The notes below the pieces were generated by a model. The model did not search any database, was not told the DNA's origin, and saw only the letters and a program-made list of their open reading frames with translations. This document shows, piece after piece, positions 1 through 14,500 of a stretch of 64,000 nucleotides of DNA (the first letter of the stretch is position 1; each line of letters opens with the position of its first letter). The translations under genes were made by a program, and so were the position numbers. Source of the stretch: Mobula hypostoma (taxonomy: Eukaryota); the NCBI RefSeq assembly GCF_963921235.1, contig NC_086108.1:63738001-63802000 (forward strand), written 5' to 3'.

Positions 1-835
1 CTATCCAAACTTCCTTCAAATGCTGAAATTAAATCCACAATTTCCACTTCTGCGGGCAGCTTGTTCTACACCCTCACCACCCTCTGCGTGAAGTTTTTCC
101 CCCATATGTTCCCCTTAAACATTTCACCTTTCACCCTTAACCCATGAGCTCTAATTTCAGTGTCACTCAACCTGAGTGCTTCTATTTACCTTATCTATAC
201 CATTCATAATGTTGTATTCCTCTATCAACTTTCCTCCCAATCTTCTACATTCTAGAGAATAAAGTTCTAACCTATTCAACCTTTCCCTATTACTCAAGTC
301 CTCAAGTCTTTGCAGCATCCTTGTAATTTTTCTCTGCACTTTTTCAATCTTATTCATACATTTCTTGTGGGTAGGTGACCAGATATGCACACAATACCCC
401 AAATTAGGCCTTACCAATATCTTATACAACTTCAACATAACATCCCATCTCCCGTACTCAATATTTGATTTATAAAGGCCAATGTGCCAAAAGCTCTCTT
501 TGTGGTCTTATTACCTGTGATGCCACTTTCAAGGAATCATGGATTTATGTTCCCAGATCCCACTGTTCCACCGCACTCCTCCATGCCCTACTGCTCACCG
601 TACAAGTCCAACCTTGATTTGTCCTCCCAAACTGCTTCACCTCACACTTGTCTGCACTAAATTCCATCTGCCAGTTTTCAGGCCATTTTCCCAGCTGGTC
701 CATCCTGCTGCAAGGACTAATAGCCTTCCTCTCTGTCCACTACACCCTCAGTCTTGGTGTTATCTGCAAACTTGCTGTTCCAGTTAACTACATTATCATC
801 CAGGTCATTGACATAGATGACAAACAACAAGAGAT
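1..835 (-). mobile_element. degenerate CR1 LINE ORF2 3' fragment
   Basis: KFADNTK and LYKILVRPNLGYCVHIWSP peptides in broken minus-strand frames. Confidence 0.85.
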
Positions 836-1770
836 GAGAGGACAATGGGCTGGGAATGCTTATCACTGCAGTTCTCAAGACTACTTGATTTTTAATCCAT
901 ATTTCCAATATTTCCTTGATTTTTTAAAAGTTTCATGCTAATCTGATATGAGCACAGTTTTACAGCAGCATGGCATCTAAGAATTTTCAAAGAATAGTTA
1001 AGCTATGAATTGCTTATTTAGGCTAACGTTGATTCTAACTATTACTAATTAGAACTAAGTGAACAGGAGTTTTACAGTTTTGAAAAATTAAGTCTTTCAT
1101 TCATGGAAGTTACATATTTGTTTGGATACTGCCATCGTTGGATTACACTGTTTAATTTTTATTTAAGCTGCAGTTTAACAATTCATTGCCTGCTGGTATT
1201 TCATATAACTACATTTATACACATAACTGTTTAGTATGTTTCCTGGTAGTCAAAGTATGTATATATAATTGTGTAATGAGTCTCCTAGTGCTTATATTTG
1301 TATGATTCTGGAAACATCTTTGGTGCTACATTATTTGAATAGGGGGTATCTGATTGGTTAACTCTTATTAACAAATTTGAATGTAATTTCTCTTACCTAT
1401 GGTATAAGGAAAACAGAACACATTGGCTGACTATCTTTTCTTTAACTCTTTTTTCTTAGCTACTGAATTTTTTTGACTCTATGTCTCTGATTCTCTTTGA
1501 TCTGTTAGCCCTTAATGAAACAATTGTGAAGCAACAAGTTTGGTGCCACTTTCTTGACTTCCAAAAGAATCTTGGATCAAAAACATCAGAATCCACAATG
1601 TGCTTGGCTAGAGTATGAGAAATGTTTGCAAGTAGCTGTAAAATTGATTGCTATACAGGAGCCAAGGCATTACCATACACAGAATGGAATCCAAGTTCTG
1701 GTTTAGAAAGAATGAAGTCCTTCAGATGGAACTTACTTATTGGAAGATCAAAAGCATTGTGTTGATAGTA

Positions 1771-2990
1771 ACACACACAAAATACTGGAGGAACTCAACA
1801 GGCCAGGCAGCATCTGTGGAAAAGAGCAAACAGTTGATGCTTCAAGCCGAGACCATTCTTCACGATTGGAAAGGTTGATGAGAAGTCAGAGTAAGAAGGT
1901 GGAGGGAGGGGAGAAAGAAGTGCAAGGTGGCAGGTGATGGTGAAACTGGGAGAGGGGTGGGGGTGAAGTAAAGAGCTGGGAAATGGATTGGTGAAAGAGA
2001 TAAAGAGCTGGAGGAGCAGAAACTGATAAGAGAGAATAGAAGACCATGGAAGAAAGGGAAGGAGGAGGAGGAGGGAGGTGATGGTCAGGTAAGGTGATAA
2101 AGTAAGAGAGGGAAACACGAATAGGGAATGGTAAAGAGAGAGCCATTACTGTAGGTCTGAGAAATCGATGTTCATGTCATCAGCTTGGAGACTACACAAA
2201 TGGAATGGAAAGTGTTGCTCCTCCAACCTGAGTGTAGTCTCGTTGCAACAGTAGAGGAGGCCATGGACTGACATGTCAGAATGGAGATGGGAAGTGGAAT
2301 TAAAAAGGGTGGCTACCAGGAGATCCCACTTTTTGTGCTGGACAGAGCTCAGTCTCCCAATCTGTGTCGGGTCTCATTGATATACAGGAGGCCATACCAG
2401 GAGCACTGGATACAGTAGATAACCTTAACAGACTTGTAGGTGAAGTGTTACTTCTCCTGGAAGGACTGCTTGGGGCCCTGAATGGTAGTGAAGGATGAGG
2501 TGTAGGGGCAGGTGTGGCATTTTTTCCATTTGCAAGGATAAGTACCAGGAGGGAGATCAGTGGAGAGGGTTGAGTGGACAAGGGAGTCATGTAGGGAGTG
2601 ATTCCTGCTGAAAGCAGAAAGTGGGGTGGTGGAAAAGATGTGCTTGGTGGTAGGATCTCGTTGGAGATGACACAGGTTACAGAAAACTATGTACTAGACG
2701 CAGAGACTATGGGGTGGGAGGTGGTGGGATGATGGGGTGAAGGCAGATGTGCACAAAATGGAAAAGATGCAGGTGATTACAGCTACGAGAATTAGTGGAT
2801 TTATAAAAGATATCAGTAGATAGACTGTCTTCAGAGATAGAGACAGACAGATTGAGAAGGGAGAGGGAAATGTTGGAAATGGATCAAGTAAATTTCAGGG
2901 CGGGATAAACGTTGGAGGCAAAGTTGGTGATGTTGACAAGCTCAGTATGGGTGCAGGAAACAGCACCAATGCAATTGTTGAAGTAGCATC
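1771..2990 (-). mobile_element. Penelope-like element, decayed (GIY-YIG/RT C-terminal region plus terminal repeat)
   Basis: Minus strand ~2350-2540 reads PCKWEKCHTCPY...VIYCIQCS..GLLYINETRHRLGD (PLE GIY-YIG pattern); terminal repeat acacacaaaat(a/g)ctggaggaactca recurs elsewhere in the window. Confidence 0.75.
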
Positions 2991-3126
2991 GATAGTGTTC
3001 ATTTAACAAGCAAATTCCTCAATCACTTTCAGAATTAATATTTTTACATGCATCATGCTTTTATTTTCAGTGCTCTGAAATGCTGTTGGTGGGAATGTTT
3101 AATTTTTAATCTCTCCTTCTCCCAGT

Positions 3127-4428
3127 GTAGGGTGCCCTCTTGCTGCAAAACATCCACCATCTTCCCTGTACCTAAAAAAGCCAAGGTAACTGTCTGAACA
3201 ACTGGCATCCTGTCACACTCACCTCTATAAAAGCAAATGCTTTGAGTGGCTGGTTAAGGACTACATCGGCAGCATGCTACCACCCACACTGGGCCCCCTA
3301 CAATTCACCTACCAACACAACTGATCGACTGATGATCCACAGATCTTCACACCATCCTTACACACCTGGAGAAGAGGGATAACACCATAATTCCCTCCAG
3401 GCTTGACAAGAAGCTCAGAGACCTTGGGCTTCCCCTTGCCTTGTGTAGCTGGATCCCAGACTTCCTGTCAGATCTCCTGCAGGTGGTAAGAGTGGGCTTC
3501 CCTCACCTCTGCCCCTCTACACAGGTGCCCCTGAGGGTTGTGTACTAGGCCCCTTCTTTACTCTCTTTATACCCTTGACCTTGTCACCACCCACAGCTCT
3601 AATCTGCTAATTAAATTTGCTGACGACATTACACTGATTGGCCTAATCTCAAACAATAAAGAGGCAGCCTACAGAGAAGAAGTCATCACTGACACGGTGG
3701 TGTTAAGAAAACAACCTCTCCCTCAATGTCGCAAAAACAAAGGAGCTGGTTGTAGACTACAGGAGGAATGGAGACAGGCTCACCCCCATAGACATCAATG
3801 GATCTGGGGTTGAGAGAGTGAACAGCTTTAAGTTCCTCGGCATACACATTATTGAGGATCCCACATGGTCTGTACATGCTGGCTGTGTGGTGAACAAGGC
3901 ACAATAATGTTGAAGAAGTTTGGTATGGGCCTCCAAATCCTAGGAACTTTCTACAGGAGCACAAATGAGAGCATCCTGACTGGCTGCATTACTGCCTGGT
4001 AAGGGAAATGTACTTCCATCAATTGTAGGACTCGGCAGAGAGTGGTGCGGACAGCCTAGTGCATCTTTAGATGTGAACATCCCACTATTCAGGATATTTG
4101 CAAAGACAGATGTGTAAAAAGGGATCGAAGGAGCATTGGGGACCCGAGTCACCCCAACCACAAACTGTTTCAGCTGCTACCATCCAGGAAACGGTACCGC
4201 AGTCAGGACCAACAGCCTCCAGGACAGCCTCTTCCACCAGGCCATCAGACTGATTAATTCATGTCATTACAATTGTATTTCTGTTACATTGACTGTCCTG
4301 TTGTACATACTATTTATTATAAATTACTATAAATTGCACATTGCTCGTTTAGAGGGAGACCTAACATAAAGATTTTTACCCCTCATATATATGAAGGTTG
4401 TAAGAAATAAAGTCAATTCAATTCAATT
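3127..4428 (+). mobile_element. Rex1/Babar-like non-LTR element, 5'-truncated and decayed
   Basis: PLLYSLYT...[24 protein letters not shown]; (CAATT)n tail after AATAAA; sister copies at 31.6 kb and 41.3 kb. Confidence 0.8.
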
Positions 4429-5296
4429 TATTCTAAAGCCCAAAGTGTCATTATTATTAACGGCAGGGTGAAATAATAATGTAAGCTATGATGACTGTGC
4501 TCAGTATCGCACAGAAAGGTAAGAATTGTTTTTGTCAATCACTATTTTCCTCTGTTCCATGTGAGTATAACTTGCATTCTTTTGTGTAAGCCAGGTTAAT
4601 TAAACCCAGAGTTGTAATGTTAGAAAGTTCTATCTGCAGAGGGATGAAAATGAGGTTTACCAATTTAAAAAAAGAGAATTTGAAAGAAACGCTATGCGAT
4701 GGAGGGGCGGGCTGGACACAGGACAGACAAGGAGAGAAACACAGCAACAGTTAGAAGCTGAATACGTGAACTGTTAACAGTGGAATCAGTAGTTGGTACT
4801 TTTACCCTACTAACTTGAAACCCCTGGAGGAGAGACAATAATGATAAAAGATTTATTGAAGCTACAGCTATAACATGCAGCAGCTATAACGAGACAATAT
4901 CAACAGAGATGAGTGTCCAAAATCTATACCGTGTAGTTGAGAATTAGTTCTGCAAAATCATATCAAGGGATTTAGTCAAGTTTTTGTACAAGTTTGTGAA
5001 TTGATTTGCCGTGGATGATAAAACATCTCATCCAATGACCCAAGAAACAAGTTGGCGAGCCACCCAAGGTGAAGAACCAGCACAGGAACGAAATGTGTAA
5101 TGACACAGAGGATTTAATATGGTTGGATGGTTAAATTTATTTTCATTCAAAGAATCTGAACTTGATTTTCTGAAAGAACTGATTATTTTTGCAAAGACTT
5201 TGATAAGTTACTGAATGAGATTTACTTTGTTAAAAAGTTGTGATGTTGGAGAATTGTCGAGAAAGGTGTTAAACTGTATGTATATACTTTCTGTAT

Positions 5297-7049
5297 ATAA
5301 AAGAATCCCTGTTACTGATCCAAAAAAGTTACATCAAAAAAATCAAGAATATCACTGGTAAAAATCTCCTCTGTTCTTCAGGTGGATGTTTGAAAGTGAA
5401 GGACGGTACCATTATCATGGAAAAAGATGAGATTATGAACAGATGGACTGAGTACATTCAGGAATTGTTTGAAGATGATCCAGGTGAAAAACCAGAAATT
5501 AAGAAAAACATTGAAGGTCCAAGTATTTTAAAATCTGAAGTTTGTAATGCAATACAGTAAATAAGATGAAGAAAAGAAAGGCAGCAGGTCCTGATGAATT
5601 ATTAATAGAACAAATTATCGCCCTTGAAGATTATGGAATTGAAATACTTACTGATTTATTCAATGACATTTATGAGACTGGAATAATACAAGAAGAGATG
5701 AAAAAATCAGTATTTATCACTCTTCCAAAGAAACCTGGAGCAATAGAATGTAAATTACATAGGACCATAAGCTTAATGGGTCATATCACCAAGATACTTC
5801 TAAGAATTTTGATGACAAGAGCTAAAAGTAAGATACAAGCTGAAATAGGTAAAGAACAATGTGGTTTTGTGAAAGACAAAGGTACAAGAAACACAATATT
5901 GGTGTTAAGGATACTATCAGAACTAGCTATTCAAGTGCAAAAAGATTTGTTTGTTAGTTTTATCGACTACACAAAAGCACTTGATAAAATGAAGCACAAT
6001 AAGTTATTTGAAATATTACAGAAAACTCTAGATCTAGATTCGAAAGACCTCTACCTAATCAGAAATCTGTACTGGGAACAAACTGCCGCTGCAAGAATAG
6101 ATGGAGAAGTGAGTCAGTTTACGAAAATCAAGAGAGGCGTTAGACAAGGGTGTGTTTTCTCCCCTGATTTATTTAAAGTGTACAGTGCAACAATATTACA
6201 AAAAATAAGAGACATCTTGGGAATCAAAGTTGGTGGTGAAAACATCAATAATTTCAGATATGCAGATGATACTGTGTTAATTGCAAGTACGGAGGAAGAA
6301 CTACAAAACTTAGTTGATATAATTGTTGAAGAAAGTGCAAAAATGGGTCTATCTACCAATTGCAAAAAGACAGTATGTATGGTGATATCCAAAAAGAAGG
6401 AGAATCCTATCTGCAGGCTGAGAATAAACAGGGAAGACATAAAACAAGTACAGAACTTTTGCTGCTTAGGAAGTTGGGTGACATCAGATGGCAGGTGCAA
6501 CATGGACATCAAAAGAAGAATAGGGATGGCAAAAGACACCTTTACGGGAATGAAGAGTACACTGACCAATACTAAACTAGGCATGACACTCGCCTCAGAG
6601 TACTGAATTGTTACGTTTATCCAGTTATGTTATATGGCTCAGAATGTTGGACAATAACTAGTAACATGAGGAATTGAATTGAAGCAGCAGAGATGTGGTT
6701 TTTGAGGAGTATACAAAGAATATCATGGACGAAACGAATATCTAACGAGGATGTCATGAACAGAGCAAACACAAAAAGAGAAATAATGTATGAGATCATG
6801 AAAAGACAACATAACTTCATTGGACATGTGATTAGGAAAGAGGAGTTAGAATGCTTGGTAATTATGGGAAAGATTGAAGGGAAGAAAGCAAGAGGAAGAC
6901 AAAGACAAATGATGATGGAGGCAGCAGCCAGAGAACTGGCAATGAATACCAATGAATTGATCCACTTGATCCGAAACAGGAGTATATGGGCCATGGCAGT
7001 CAAAGCTCAAACTGGGCACAGCACCTGATGATGATGATGATGATGATGA
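5297..7049 (+). mobile_element. RTE-clade LINE, 5'-truncated; RT ORF 5566-6606 with a frameshift into 6693-7028
   Basis: GVRQGCVFSPDLF, NNFRYADDTVL and EMWFLRSIQRISWT motifs; (TGA)n tail 7026-7049. Confidence 0.92.
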
Positions 7050-8209
7050 TATACTTTTTGAATTTTAATTTAAACTTGTAGATATATCGCCTGGAACTGA
7101 AATTGAAGTTAGTTATAGTACTTGAGAAAAAGAATCATATTTGGTTTTTTAACTGACTAGGAATAAGTGAAAAGGAAAGTTTAGTCTATAAACTTTTAAA
7201 TAGGGGATAACACTAGATCTAATTGGTTAGAGAAATTGGAGTAACAAAGGTTATTCTAATGAATCTCACTGTTTCTAACTAAACAGGAATTTGGAACCTA
7301 AATTTGGAATTTGGAATTTGCACCAGGAGAGGGCAGAGTGAAAACATTATCTGTATAATGCTTTTCCTGAAACAGTGAAGGATTTCTCTTGGACTGTGTG
7401 GCCTAGGAATGTTTATCACTGAATTCCTCAGGACTACCTGGTTTTCCCAGCATTGGAGTGGCAACTTACCTACGTACCTATTATTCTTAAGTAATCTCCT
7501 CCATTTCCCTCCACCCCCAATCACTTTCATCCATCAGCCATCTATCACTGTGCCAGTGTCCTGTCAAGAGCTAGCTAACTGCCGTCCCTGGCTATTCCTC
7601 ATTGAATTGTTTACGTTCTTCCTTGTTTAGTCATTCACAAATAGCTCATTACATTACAGATCTAAAAATAAAAATATGGTTAGCTTTACCCAGTTAAAGT
7701 TTGCATCTGGGGCAATAACTGAAACTGGCATATTCCCACTGGGGTGCAGTATGTTATTCTTAAAGTATTCTTTTGATTCACTGGAAACACCAAGTATCAA
7801 ATGCAGTCCTGGACAATCTGACAAAATTTCTTTAATTATGATAAGGTCGTTCTTACTCTAAAACGAATTGTAGTTATTAACCAGTGTAGGATTGGGAGCA
7901 ACACCTGACACAGTTGAAAGAACACCAGTAATTAAATAAAATACTGACCATGCCACAAATTAATCATTCTACCTGCTCTCAAACGTTAAATTTTTGATCT
8001 TATTTTAAAATGCTTTAGGGTTATACTATTATGAAATACCCTGTTCACTTCTGCATCTAGTACCTGATTTTACAATAGACAAGGAAAGCAAAACAAAGGC
8101 ATCCAAAATACAATTTTAATTGATCAGAGACATGAAGTGATCGGAGATAGAAATAATGGAGTCTGATGTTTCTGACAGCTTTAGCAGTAGCACAGTACCT
8201 TGAGATGAT

Positions 8210-8215
8210 TTTATT
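8210..8215 (-). promoter_or_regulatory. candidate polyadenylation signal for the FREM1-like gene
   Basis: AATAAA on the minus strand about 125 nt after the stop; AT-rich context, so it may be chance. Confidence 0.25.
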
Positions 8216-8340
8216 TAAAAAATAGGAACACGTGTATAGTCTTCTAATATAGTCAATTAGATACAAAACTACTGATACTGCATATTGCATTTGATAAGAT
8301 GTTCACAAAAACATAACCTAATGATAATTAAAGTGATAAT

Positions 8341-8549
8341 TTAAACTCTTGAAAGAGAAAGGGAACATATATAACCCTCCTGTATCTCAACGCACTTCCT
8401 GCTCACCCATTTGCCCTTGCCCCGGACCAGAGCACAGTTAGATTGCATATTTCCAGCTGGCAAAAATTTTCTTTTCATCCAGTTTGTAAAAGTTACTGGC
8501 CTTCCATTTGTCCATGTCCATTTTCCAGAACCAGTCTCATCTATTAAAC
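8341..8549 (-). CDS. FREM1: FREM1-like terminal coding exon ([24 protein letters not shown]...[16 protein letters not shown]...[10 protein letters not shown])
   Basis: tttccag| acceptor, CTLD C-terminal cysteines, stop TAA at 8343-8341. Confidence 0.93.
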
Positions 8550-11500
8550 CTGGAAACAGATATTTTGGGAAAAAAAAATCAATATAATCCATCTTATTCA
8601 CATAATTTTCTAAACGTAACACTTAACAACACAACCTTAGCATATTACTCATTAGTGTGAATGAATTAGACATAGACATGCTTATAGTTCTGGTTATATT
8701 ACATCTATTAGCATTCCAATGCACAGAGTTATGCTCCTTAATTAAATTACTCACCCATCTGCTTTATTCTATATATAATAAAAGAACATAGGACACTACA
8801 TATCCTTCCACCCTCAATGTTGTGTCAACCTATATAAATGTACTGTGCGATCAATCTCACCCTTCCCTCCGATGTAGCCCATTTTCGTTGTGTTCACGTA
8901 CTGTAGCTATCTAAGGACGTTCTGTGACCCTATTGTATCAACCTCTACCAGCACTGTTTTTCAGGCACCCAGCTCTCAATGGGTTGAAAAAAAACTTCCT
9001 CTGACAACTCCCCTACACTTTCCCTCACCCACTTTCAATTGATATCCTCTGGTATTAGCCATTGCCACTCTGAGAAAGAGATGCTGGCTGTCCACACTAC
9101 GTAGGCCTCTCATAATCTTATCTACATATATCAAGTTGCCTCTCATCCTCCACTGGTCCAAAGAGAACAGTCCTACCTCACTCAACCTCTCCTCATAAGA
9201 TTTCCTCTGACCCAGTCAGATACATGGTAAATCTCCTCTGCATCTTCAGAGTTTCCACATCCTACAATGCAGTAACCAGAAATGAACACGACACTCTAAG
9301 TGTAGTCTAACTAGTGTTTTATAGAGCTGCCTTATGGTTCTTGTGCTCAATGCTTGCAGTTATGCTCAATTAAAGTAGTCATCCACCTGAAATGCTGGAG
9401 GAACTCAGCAGGCCAGGCAGCATCTATGGAAAAGAATATGGTCATTGTTTCGGGCCAAAACCATTTGGGTCCTGCTGAAAGGTTTCAGCCTGAAATGTCG
9501 ACTGTACTCTTTTCCATATGTTCTGCCTGGCCTTCTGAGTCCCTCCAGCATTTTGTGTGTGTTGCTCGGATTTCCAGCATCTGCAGATTTTCTCTTGTTA
9601 GTCATCCATCTGCTTTATTTTCTACAATATGATGAGGTCCAGCGTGCCATAAGCCTTCTTAATCTAGGGACGGATTCTTAGCCATGGGCTTAATGCTTGC
9701 AAAGATAAAAATCCATGGTGTTTATTAAGTGTGTAATGCAGTGTAAATTAATATTCATTTAGTGGTTTTGACTGGAGACATCTCATATTTTGATAGCCTA
9801 ACATTATCTTAAGTCAAAGCCCACTTACAATTTCCAGATGCTGTTCAAGTTTCAGAATATTTTCTATATATTGCCATTATACTTGTTAGGGAAAAGTTCT
9901 GTTAGTTGGCAGATCACTAGGTCTGAAATTCTCCATGTATACATACCAATCCAGAATGGCCGCTTCTTGGCAAAGTTCCAAAGCCATTTTAATTCCTTCT
10001 TTGAATGTACACTGACTAGGTTGGCATGAAACCTAAATATTAGAGGAAAATATTTATAAGTATAGCCTTCAGTGGAAAATATCAATTGAATAACAAGGAA
10101 AACAGCTAATCTAAAATATGAAAAAAAATTCTGTTTTAATGATGCTATTGGACTTAAAAAATAATTGTAGGTATTCAAGGGAGAACAGCCTTGCTGTTCT
10201 TCCAAGATTATGATGCATCTGATGGAAAACACAGGACCTTGGCACTTACAGCAGTAGAACATTTTGGCAGTTTACGTTTCATGGTCCAGTCACTTGAAAT
10301 GGCGATCTATTTTTAACTCAAAGGGAGAAAGTGCTACTACTGGGCATGGGCTTCCATGTATCAGAGTAGCCACTGAAAAATAAGCTCAGTTTCATTAATA
10401 TTCACCCTTGACTTTTTTGCATACTATTTTCAGCTATCATTTTGTTCCATTCAGCAAACATTCACTTAAACTATTTTATCAAAACAATTGTCACAACTTT
10501 ATTTTATCTTGGTGCTGAAACCAAGAGCAATCACACCATCTCTTAACATAATTCAATCCCCTTTGGTATTCAGAGTCGTACCGGCTACATTTTTGTTCTT
10601 GGTTCTACACTATTACCTTTAAAAATCCAAATCTGGCTTTACTTAGTGAGTGCTTTTGGAATTATCTTTTTTTTAGTGTGGTTCAAATAATGTTGGTAAC
10701 TAGGACTCTGGAGGATCTTATCACATAAACTACAATCCAAGATACAGAACATCTGCAATATAGGATAATTGGTTATGCAGTTATTAGATTTAACAAAGTC
10801 AGTAACAAATTAAAGGTTATTTCATTAAAATTAATTGAAAAAAGTCACAAAGTTTTAAAAACATAGGAGACTTAGGCTTTTATATTTTTAATCTTTGGAA
10901 GAATTGGCAGCTTTTAAATAATATACACTGCTGGAAGTTACCTGTAGCTATGTTACTTTTAGAAATGTTATTCCTGTGAACAGTCACAAATGTATCTTCA
11001 TTATTCTGTGGCACCCTTTGAAACCGATACTATCTACCATTTTTAATGTGTTTTATAAGAAAATTATTCTTATTTTGAATGAAAAGAGGCCAGAAAACTA
11101 CAGTACTGAAATATTATTAGAAGCCTGTAATATAAATAATGAGCACACGTTATCAATTAAAACCATTTTGTATAACAACAGGAACATCCTTGTGATCTGA
11201 CCCAATTCCCTAGTTACGACGGTGGAACACCCATAGTGAAACAGTTGCTGTTTGAACTATGTTAGAATACAATGTCCATTATTCTCAACAGAGAAGTTCT
11301 TGGTTTTCACATGGCTTAGTGTCCAGTGGATGTCTTTTTGAAATGATGGAAAGTTTATTTTAGAATTGATGGAAGTTGCTCACATTTGCCTACAGGCCAT
11401 TTCAGCTCCTTCCCAGGTTTTGTTTCTCCCAGAATTCAGCAGGTAACAATGCTTCTTGTGAACAGTCCAACCTGAAGGACATTCCATTTGTCGATTACCC

Positions 11501-14500
11501 TGTAATTGCATAAAATTATTATGCTCCATAATGTTTCATTTGTTTCAAATAAGTCATAGTTCAACAATTCTAATTACATAGAAACATAGACATAGAAACA
11601 TAGAAAATAGGTGCAGGAGTAGACCATTTGGTCCTTCGAGCCTGCACCGCCATTTATTATGATCATGGCTGATCATCCAACTCAGAACCCCGCCCCAGCC
11701 TTCCCTCCATACCCCCTGATCCCCGTAGCCACAAGGGCCGTATCTAACTCCCTCTTAAATATAGCCAATGAACTGGCCTCAACTGTTTCCTGCGGCAGAG
11801 AATTCCACAGATTCACCACTCGCTGTGTGAAGAAGTTTTTCCTAATCTCGGTCCTAAAAGGCTTCCCCTTTATCCTCAAACTGTGACCCCTCGTTCTGGA
11901 CTTCCCCAACATCGGGAACAATCTTCCTGCATCTAGCCTGTCCAATCCCTTTAGGATTTTATACGTTTCAATCAGATCCCCTCTCAATCTTCTAAATTCC
12001 AACGAGTACAAGCCCAGTTCATCCAGTCTTTCTTCATATGAAAGTCCTGCCATCCCAGGAATCAATCTGGTGAACCTTCTTTGTACTCCCTCTATGGCAA
12101 GGATGTCTTTCCTCAGATTAGGGGACCAAAACTGCACACAATACTCCAGGTGTGGTCTCACCAAGGCCTTGTACAACTGCAGTAGTACCTCCCTGCTCCT
12201 GTACTCGAATCCTCTCGCTATAAATGCCAGCATATCACTCGCCTTTTTCACCGCCTGCTGTACCTGCATGCCCACTTTCAATGACTGGTGTATAATGACA
12301 CCCAGGTCTCGATGCACCTACCCTTTTCCTAATCGGCCACCATTCAGATAATAATCTGTTTTCCTATTTTTGCCACCAAAGTGGATAACTTCACATTTAT
12401 CCACATTAAATTGCATCTGCCATGAATTTGCCCACTCACCCAACCTATCCAAGTCACCCTGCATCCTCTTAGCATCCTCCTCACAGCTAACACTGCCGCC
12501 CAGCTTCGTGTCATCCGCAAACTTGGAGATGCTGCATTTAATTCCCTCATCCAAGTCATTAATATATATTGTAAACAACTGGGGTCCCAGCACTAAGCCT
12601 TGCGGTACCCCACTAGTCACTGCCTGCCATTCTGAAAAGGTCCCGTTTATTCCCACTCTTTGCTTCCTGTCTGCCAACCAATTCTCTATCCACATCAATA
12701 CCTTACCCCCAATACCGTGTGCTTTAAGTTTGCACACTAATCTCCTGTGTGGGACCTTGTCAAAAGCCTTTTGAAAATCCAAATATACCACATCCACTGG
12801 TTCTCCCCTATCCACTCTACTAGTAACATCCTCAAAAAATTCTATGAGATTCGTCAGACATGATTTTCCTTTCACAAATCCATGCTGACTTTGTCCGATG
12901 ATTTCACTGCTTTCCAAATGTGCTGTTATCACATCTTTGATAACTGACTCCAGCAGTTTCCCCACCACCGACATTAGGCTAACCGGTCTATAATCCCCTG
13001 GTTTCTCTCTCCCTCCTTTTTTAAAAAGTGGGGTTACATTAGCCACCCTCCAATCCTCAGGAACTAGTCCAGAATCTAACGATTTTTGAAAAATTATCAC
13101 TAATGCATCCACTATTTCTTGGGCTACTTCCTTAAGCACTATGGGATGCAGACCATCTGGCCCTGGGGATTTATCTGCCTTTAATCCCTTCAATTTACCC
13201 AACACCACTTCCCTACTAACATGTATTTCACTCAGTTCCTCCATCTCACTGGACCCTCTGTCCCTTACTACTTCTGGAAGATTATTTATGTCCTCCTTAG
13301 TGAAGACAGAACCAAAGTAATTATTCAATTGGTCTGCCATGTCCTTGCTCCCCATAATCAATTCACCTGTTTCTGTCTGCAAAGGACCTACATTTGTCTT
13401 TACCAGTCTTTTCCTTTTTACATATCTATAAAAGCTTTTACAGTCCGTTTTTATGTTCCCTGCCAGTTTTCTCTCATAATCTTTTTTCCCCTTCCTAATT
13501 AAGCCCTTTGTCCTCCTCTGCTGAACTCTGAATTTCTCCCAGTCCTCAGGTGAGCCACTTTCTCTGGCTAACTTGTATGCTTCTTCTTTGGAATTGATAC
13601 TATCCCTAATTTCCCTTGTCAGCCACGGGTGCACTACCTTCCTTGATTTATTCTTTTGCCAAACTGGGATGAAATTACAAAAGACCTCTGCAGGATTTAG
13701 ATTTAGGCTATCACAAAAACAAAAACTGTTGAGCTCTTCGGATTATAGCTCAGGAAACAAAAAAAAAACTAACCCAATATTCAAACCTGCTTTCTGTTCT
13801 GAGTTAGTGGGTTTCAACCGAGGCACAAGAATAAAGCACAGCAATTATTCGCAGGATCCTGAAGCTAAGGAAGAAAAGCAATTGGTCAAGATGCTATCCT
13901 GAGCATAATCCAGTGGTCCTTTCTAGAAACTGTGACTGCTTGTATATTAGATGTGAATAGAAACATAGAAACATAGAAAATCTACAGCACAATACAGGCC
14001 CTTCGGCCCACAAAGCTGTGCCGAACATGTCCTTGCCTTAGAAATTACCTAGAGTTACCTATAGCCCTCTATTTTTCTAAGCTCCATGTACCTATCCAAA
14101 AGTCTCTTAAAAGACCCCCTCCAGCAGCATTTCCAGCAGCACATTCCATGCATTCACCACTCTCTGCATAACAAAAAACTTACCCTGACATCTCCTCTGT
14201 ACCTACTTCCAAGGACCTTAAAACTATGCCCTCTCGTGCTAGCCATTTCAGCCCTGAGAAAAAGTCTCTGACTATCCACACGATCAATGCCTCTCATCAT
14301 CTTGTACACCTCCATCAGGTCACCTTTCATCCTCCATCGCTCCAAGGAGAAAAGGCCAAATTCACTCAACCTATTCTCATAAGGCATGCTCCCCAATCCA
14401 GGCAACATCCTTGTAAATCTCCTCTGCACCCGTTCTATGGTTTCCACATCCTTCCTGTAGTAAGGTGACCAGAACTGAACACAGTACTCCAAGTGGGGTC

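Noticed and set aside
4500..7260. Possible LTR-like element (4500-5296 plus 7050-7260) split by the RTE
   Set aside because: Repeat-like composition, but I could not define TG..CA ends or a TSD.
9864..10262. Stand-alone 132-aa ORF (likewise 28516-28923 and 8341-8622 taken whole)
   Set aside because: Only the splice-bounded cores are FREM1-like; the rest is intronic read-through.
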